DNA of 64,000 nucleotides. Source: an uncultured Acidobacteriota bacterium (GTDB taxonomy: Bacteria > Acidobacteriota > UBA6911). The notes under the pieces were generated by a model. That model made no database searches, had not been told where the DNA came from, and worked only from the letters and a program-made list of their open reading frames with translations. The position numbers and the translations under genes were made by a program. This document shows, in pieces, positions 62,578 to 64,000 of the stretch. The stretch's first letter is position 1. The number at the start of each line of letters is the position of its first letter. Where the stretch lies: the NCBI GenBank assembly GCA_963843575.1, contig CAWJKZ010000013.1, positions 512,001 through 576,000 of the forward strand, written 5' to 3'.

Positions 62578-64000
62578 ATGAACGGACACATCAGACTGGA
62601 CCGGCGGTGGCGTACCCTCGGGGTTGCGGTCGTCTTGGCCTCGGTTTTATCCGGCTGCACCCGGGTGCCGATCAGGAACGTAGGCGAGCAGGTGGTGGTG
62701 CTGGGCTTTGACGGGGCCGACCCCAAATTGCTCGCCCGGTGGATCGCGGAAGGGAAGCTCCCGAACATCGAGAAACTCGGCCGTACCGGAACGATTCAGC
62801 CCCTCGGCACCACCGAGCCTCCGGAATCACCGGTCGCGTGGGCGTCTTTCGCCACCGGCACAAACCCGGGAAAACACGGGATCTTCGACTTCCTGAAGGT
62901 GAACCGGACGAACTACATTCCCGACATCGGGCTGGTCGACGTTCAGAAACCGAAGTTCCTCCTGCACACGATCCCAGTCAAGCGGCCGGTGATCACGAAC
63001 AACCGCAAGGGTAAGCCTTTCTACCGGACGATCGCGGAACAGGGCATCGTCACATCCGTGCTGCGGATGCCCCTCTCGCTTCCCCCCGACGAACTGCCCA
63101 ACGGTAATCTGCTCGCCGGACTGGGCGTCCCCGACGTCCGCAAGACTTGGGGCACTTTCTTCTATTTCGCGACGGATCTCACCCAGTGGGACGTCGGCAA
63201 CACTGAATTCGGCGGCGTGCTCGTTCGGCTGGAACGGAGCGATGCCAGGATCAAGACCAGGATCGAGGGGCCTTACGACCCGCGTTACGACGACTACCGC
63301 CGCCTGGTGCTCCCGATGGAACTCGAGCCCACCCCGGACAGGCGTGCCCTGAAGATCGAGGTTGGCGGGCAAGAGCAGACGGTGCCGGAAGGTGGCTGGA
63401 GCGACTGGTTCGACCTCCGCTTCCGCGGAGGCATGTTTGTCGACGTGCGGGGCATCAGCCGTTTCTACGTGCTCGAAGTCTACCCGGAGATCCGCCTGTA
63501 CCTCGAGCCCATCAGCATGGATCCGAGGAATCCACCGGTACCGATATCCAGCCCGCCCGGTTTCTCCTCGGAACTCGTGCGGCGCATCGGCCTGTACAAG
63601 ACTATGGGGTGGGTGCACGAGACTTGGGGACTGAACGAGGAGAAGATCGACGAAAAGGTCTTTCTGGAGGACACGTTTCGCAACATGGATTCGCTCGAGG
63701 CCGCAGTGATGGACCAGCTGGCTGCGAAACCGCCGCTGCTGGTGGCCGTCTTCACCGCCACCGACAGCATCTCGCACACGTTCTTCCGCTTTCTCGATCC
63801 CGAACACCCCAGGTACGACGCGGCGCTGGTGCCGCAGTTCGGCGACGCGGTCCTGCGCAGCTATCAGCGGATGGACTCGATCATCGGAAAGGTGCACGAC
63901 AAGATCGGCGACAGAGCGACCCTGATCGTCGTCAGCGACCACGGATTCCACACGTGGCGGCGCGAGTTCAACACCAACACGTGGCTCGCCCGCAACGGCT
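62578..64000 (+). CDS. Alkaline phosphatase superfamily (type I phosphodiesterase/nucleotide pyrophosphatase-like) lipoprotein, runs off the window end
   Basis: Not in the ORF track. Hand translation: lipobox VLSGC, VVVLGFDGADP, TTEPPESPVAWASFATGTNPGKHGIFDF, TDSISH, IVVSDHGF. Confidence 0.88.
   Translation, partial: MNGHIRLDRRWRTLGVAVVLASVLSGCTRVPIRNVGEQVVVLGFDGADPKLLARWIAEGKLPNIEKLGRTGTIQPLGTTEPPESPVAWASFATGTNPGKHGIFDFLKVNRTNYIPDIGLVDVQKPKFLLHTIPVKRPVITNNRKGKPFYRTIAEQGIVTSVLRMPLSLPPDELPNGNLLAGLGVPDVRKTWGTFFYFATDLTQWDVGNTEFGGVLVRLERSDARIKTRIEGPYDPRYDDYRRLVLPMELEPTPDRRALKIEVGGQEQTVPEGGWSDWFDLRFRGGMFVDVRGISRFYVLEVYPEIRLYLEPISMDPRNPPVPISSPPGFSSELVRRIGLYKTMGWVHETWGLNEEKIDEKVFLEDTFRNMDSLEAAVMDQLAAKPPLLVAVFTATDSISHTFFRFLDPEHPRYDAALVPQFGDAVLRSYQRMDSIIGKVHDKIGDRATLIVVSDHGFHTWRREFNTNTWLARNG

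Noticed and set aside
1-64000. CRISPR array, IS transposase, integrase at tRNA-Gln, prophage, reverse transcriptase or defence genes
   Set aside because: No regularly spaced direct repeats and no such ORFs were seen. The tRNA is flanked by its normal neighbours ispE and prs.

Overview
A high-GC bacterial chromosomal segment, most likely Acidobacteriota. That call is an inference from the GWxTD-domain protein, the carboxypeptidase-regulatory-domain TonB receptor and the gene order. The window is mostly housekeeping and metabolic genes: (1) a TPR-ispE-tRNA-Gln-prs-rplY-pth-rpsF-rpsR-rplI-dnaB-alr run; (2) rimP-nusA-infB-DUF503-rbfA-truB; (3) a GldAFG-like ABC system with a DUF4340 protein; (4) a stand-alone RpoD-like sigma factor and HU; (5) a glycogen cluster (glgB, GH57, glgP, galT-like, glgA) with no glgC in the window, followed by a GAF histidine kinase and a single-domain response regulator; (6) hutI-ftcd, fabH, two acyl-CoA dehydrogenases, a MacAB-type exporter, a GWxTD protein and hydrolases. 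Many genes, including essential ones, are split by single-base indels, which points to uncorrected long-read errors rather than pseudogenes. No CRISPR array, transposase, integrase or prophage was seen. The most interesting signals are: a compact possible c-di-GMP/redox module at 39.8-41.6 kb (MshEN-repeat protein, 66-aa four-Cys HiPIP/BssC-like protein, degenerate REC-HD-GYP); a GalT-like enzyme plus two-component pair tied to the glycogen genes; and several intergenic repeat families (GTGG-type REP doublets and inverted repeats built from 7-, 8- and 9/10-nt tandem units). All calls are by eye from motifs, with no database searches run.
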